From Malacoraja senta (Eukaryota), in contig CM075988.1 in the NCBI GenBank assembly GCA_038087875.1, positions 26,166,001 through 26,230,000 of the forward strand: DNA of 64,000 nucleotides, in the 5' to 3' direction. The notes under the pieces were generated by a model. It did no database searches and was not told where the DNA came from. It was given only the letters and a program-made list of their open reading frames with translations. The position numbers and the translations under genes are program-made. Of the stretch, positions 63,247 to 64,000 are shown one piece after another (the stretch's first letter is position 1; every line of letters starts with the position of its first letter).

Positions 63247-63345
63247 CATTCCTTCTCTCCAGAGATGCTGCCTGTCCCGCTGAGTTACTCCAGCATTTTG
63301 TGTCTACCTTCGATTTATACCAGCATCTGCAGTTCTTTCCTACAC
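63247..63345 (+). mobile_element. Penelope terminal fragment; others near 2258-2390, 26060-26190, 38265-38390 and 45880-46005
   Basis: cattccttctctccagagatgctgcctgtcccgctgagttactccagcattttg. Confidence 0.75.
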
Positions 63346-64000
63346 TTTTTATCAGGATACATTACATTTTAGCAGGACGTGTGTACTTTTCAATCATTAC
63401 CCTAAGGAAATCTGAGGCTCACCAATATTCATCCCTCAATCAACATTACTCAGGCATATTATCTGGTCATTACATGGCTCTATAAGAGATTGCTTTCTGA
63501 AAATTTGCTAGACCATTTCCTAACTGGGAAGAGTGAGCACTGTTCAAAAAAGCTCATTGACTGTAAAAATGCCTTGGGATGACCATGTATGTGCAAGGAG
63601 GACTTTGAATTTGATCATTATATGCAATTGGCGTGATTGTTACCCAAGATCAGTTGCATAGCTATTGAAAATAGTTGACACTCATTAGATGCAAACTGAA
63701 AATATAATCTATATTGCAACAGAGAAAACCAAGAAACTAAACTGAATTCTGTTGAAGTGAAAGAACAGACTGCCTATTGCAGTGCTGAATACTTTGTAAT
63801 TTAATTCATCTTGCTTAGTTAAGATCTTGAGGGATTAGAAGGGATTTAAAGGTAAGTATTTGGTTGCATCTTCCAGTTCAACAGCAATAACATTCATAGC
63901 ATCATATAGCAAAGAAAGAGGCCATTTGGGCCATTGCGCTTGTGCCAGCTCTTTGAAAGTCTATCCAGTTTGTCCCACTTCCCCTGCTCTTTCCCCACAG

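Overview
Vertebrate genomic DNA, most likely a cartilaginous fish (skate/ray-like, inferred from the repeat repertoire). It is dominated by retroelements and has a 200-N gap at 18669-18868. The one convincing host gene is a long single-exon ORF (51200-55933, +, 1577 aa) of the C4orf54/DUF4585 family. Other contents: (1) a complete but coding-decayed DIRS tyrosine-recombinase retrotransposon (28618-37511) with perfectly complementary termini/ICR, an ATT crossover core, gag, RT, RNase H, Dam-like methylase and YR domains, interrupted by a 3.8-kb CR1 LINE; (2) an L1 insertion carrying a ~780-bp 3' transduction between 15-bp TSDs (21121-22394); (3) a 15-kb mosaic of direct and inverted duplications (3.6-18.7 kb) whose filled and empty sites give the insertion order of Tx1, Rex1, L1, Penelope and a GC-rich non-autonomous family; (4) a cluster of L1 fragments (39.3-44.7 kb); (5) Penelope termini with hammerhead-like cores; (6) a 34-bp x21 minisatellite; (7) a ~220-bp CpG-rich patch unlike its surroundings (23182-23405). 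There is no CRISPR array, and no rRNA or true tRNA gene was recognised. Family assignments come from motif recognition, not database searches.
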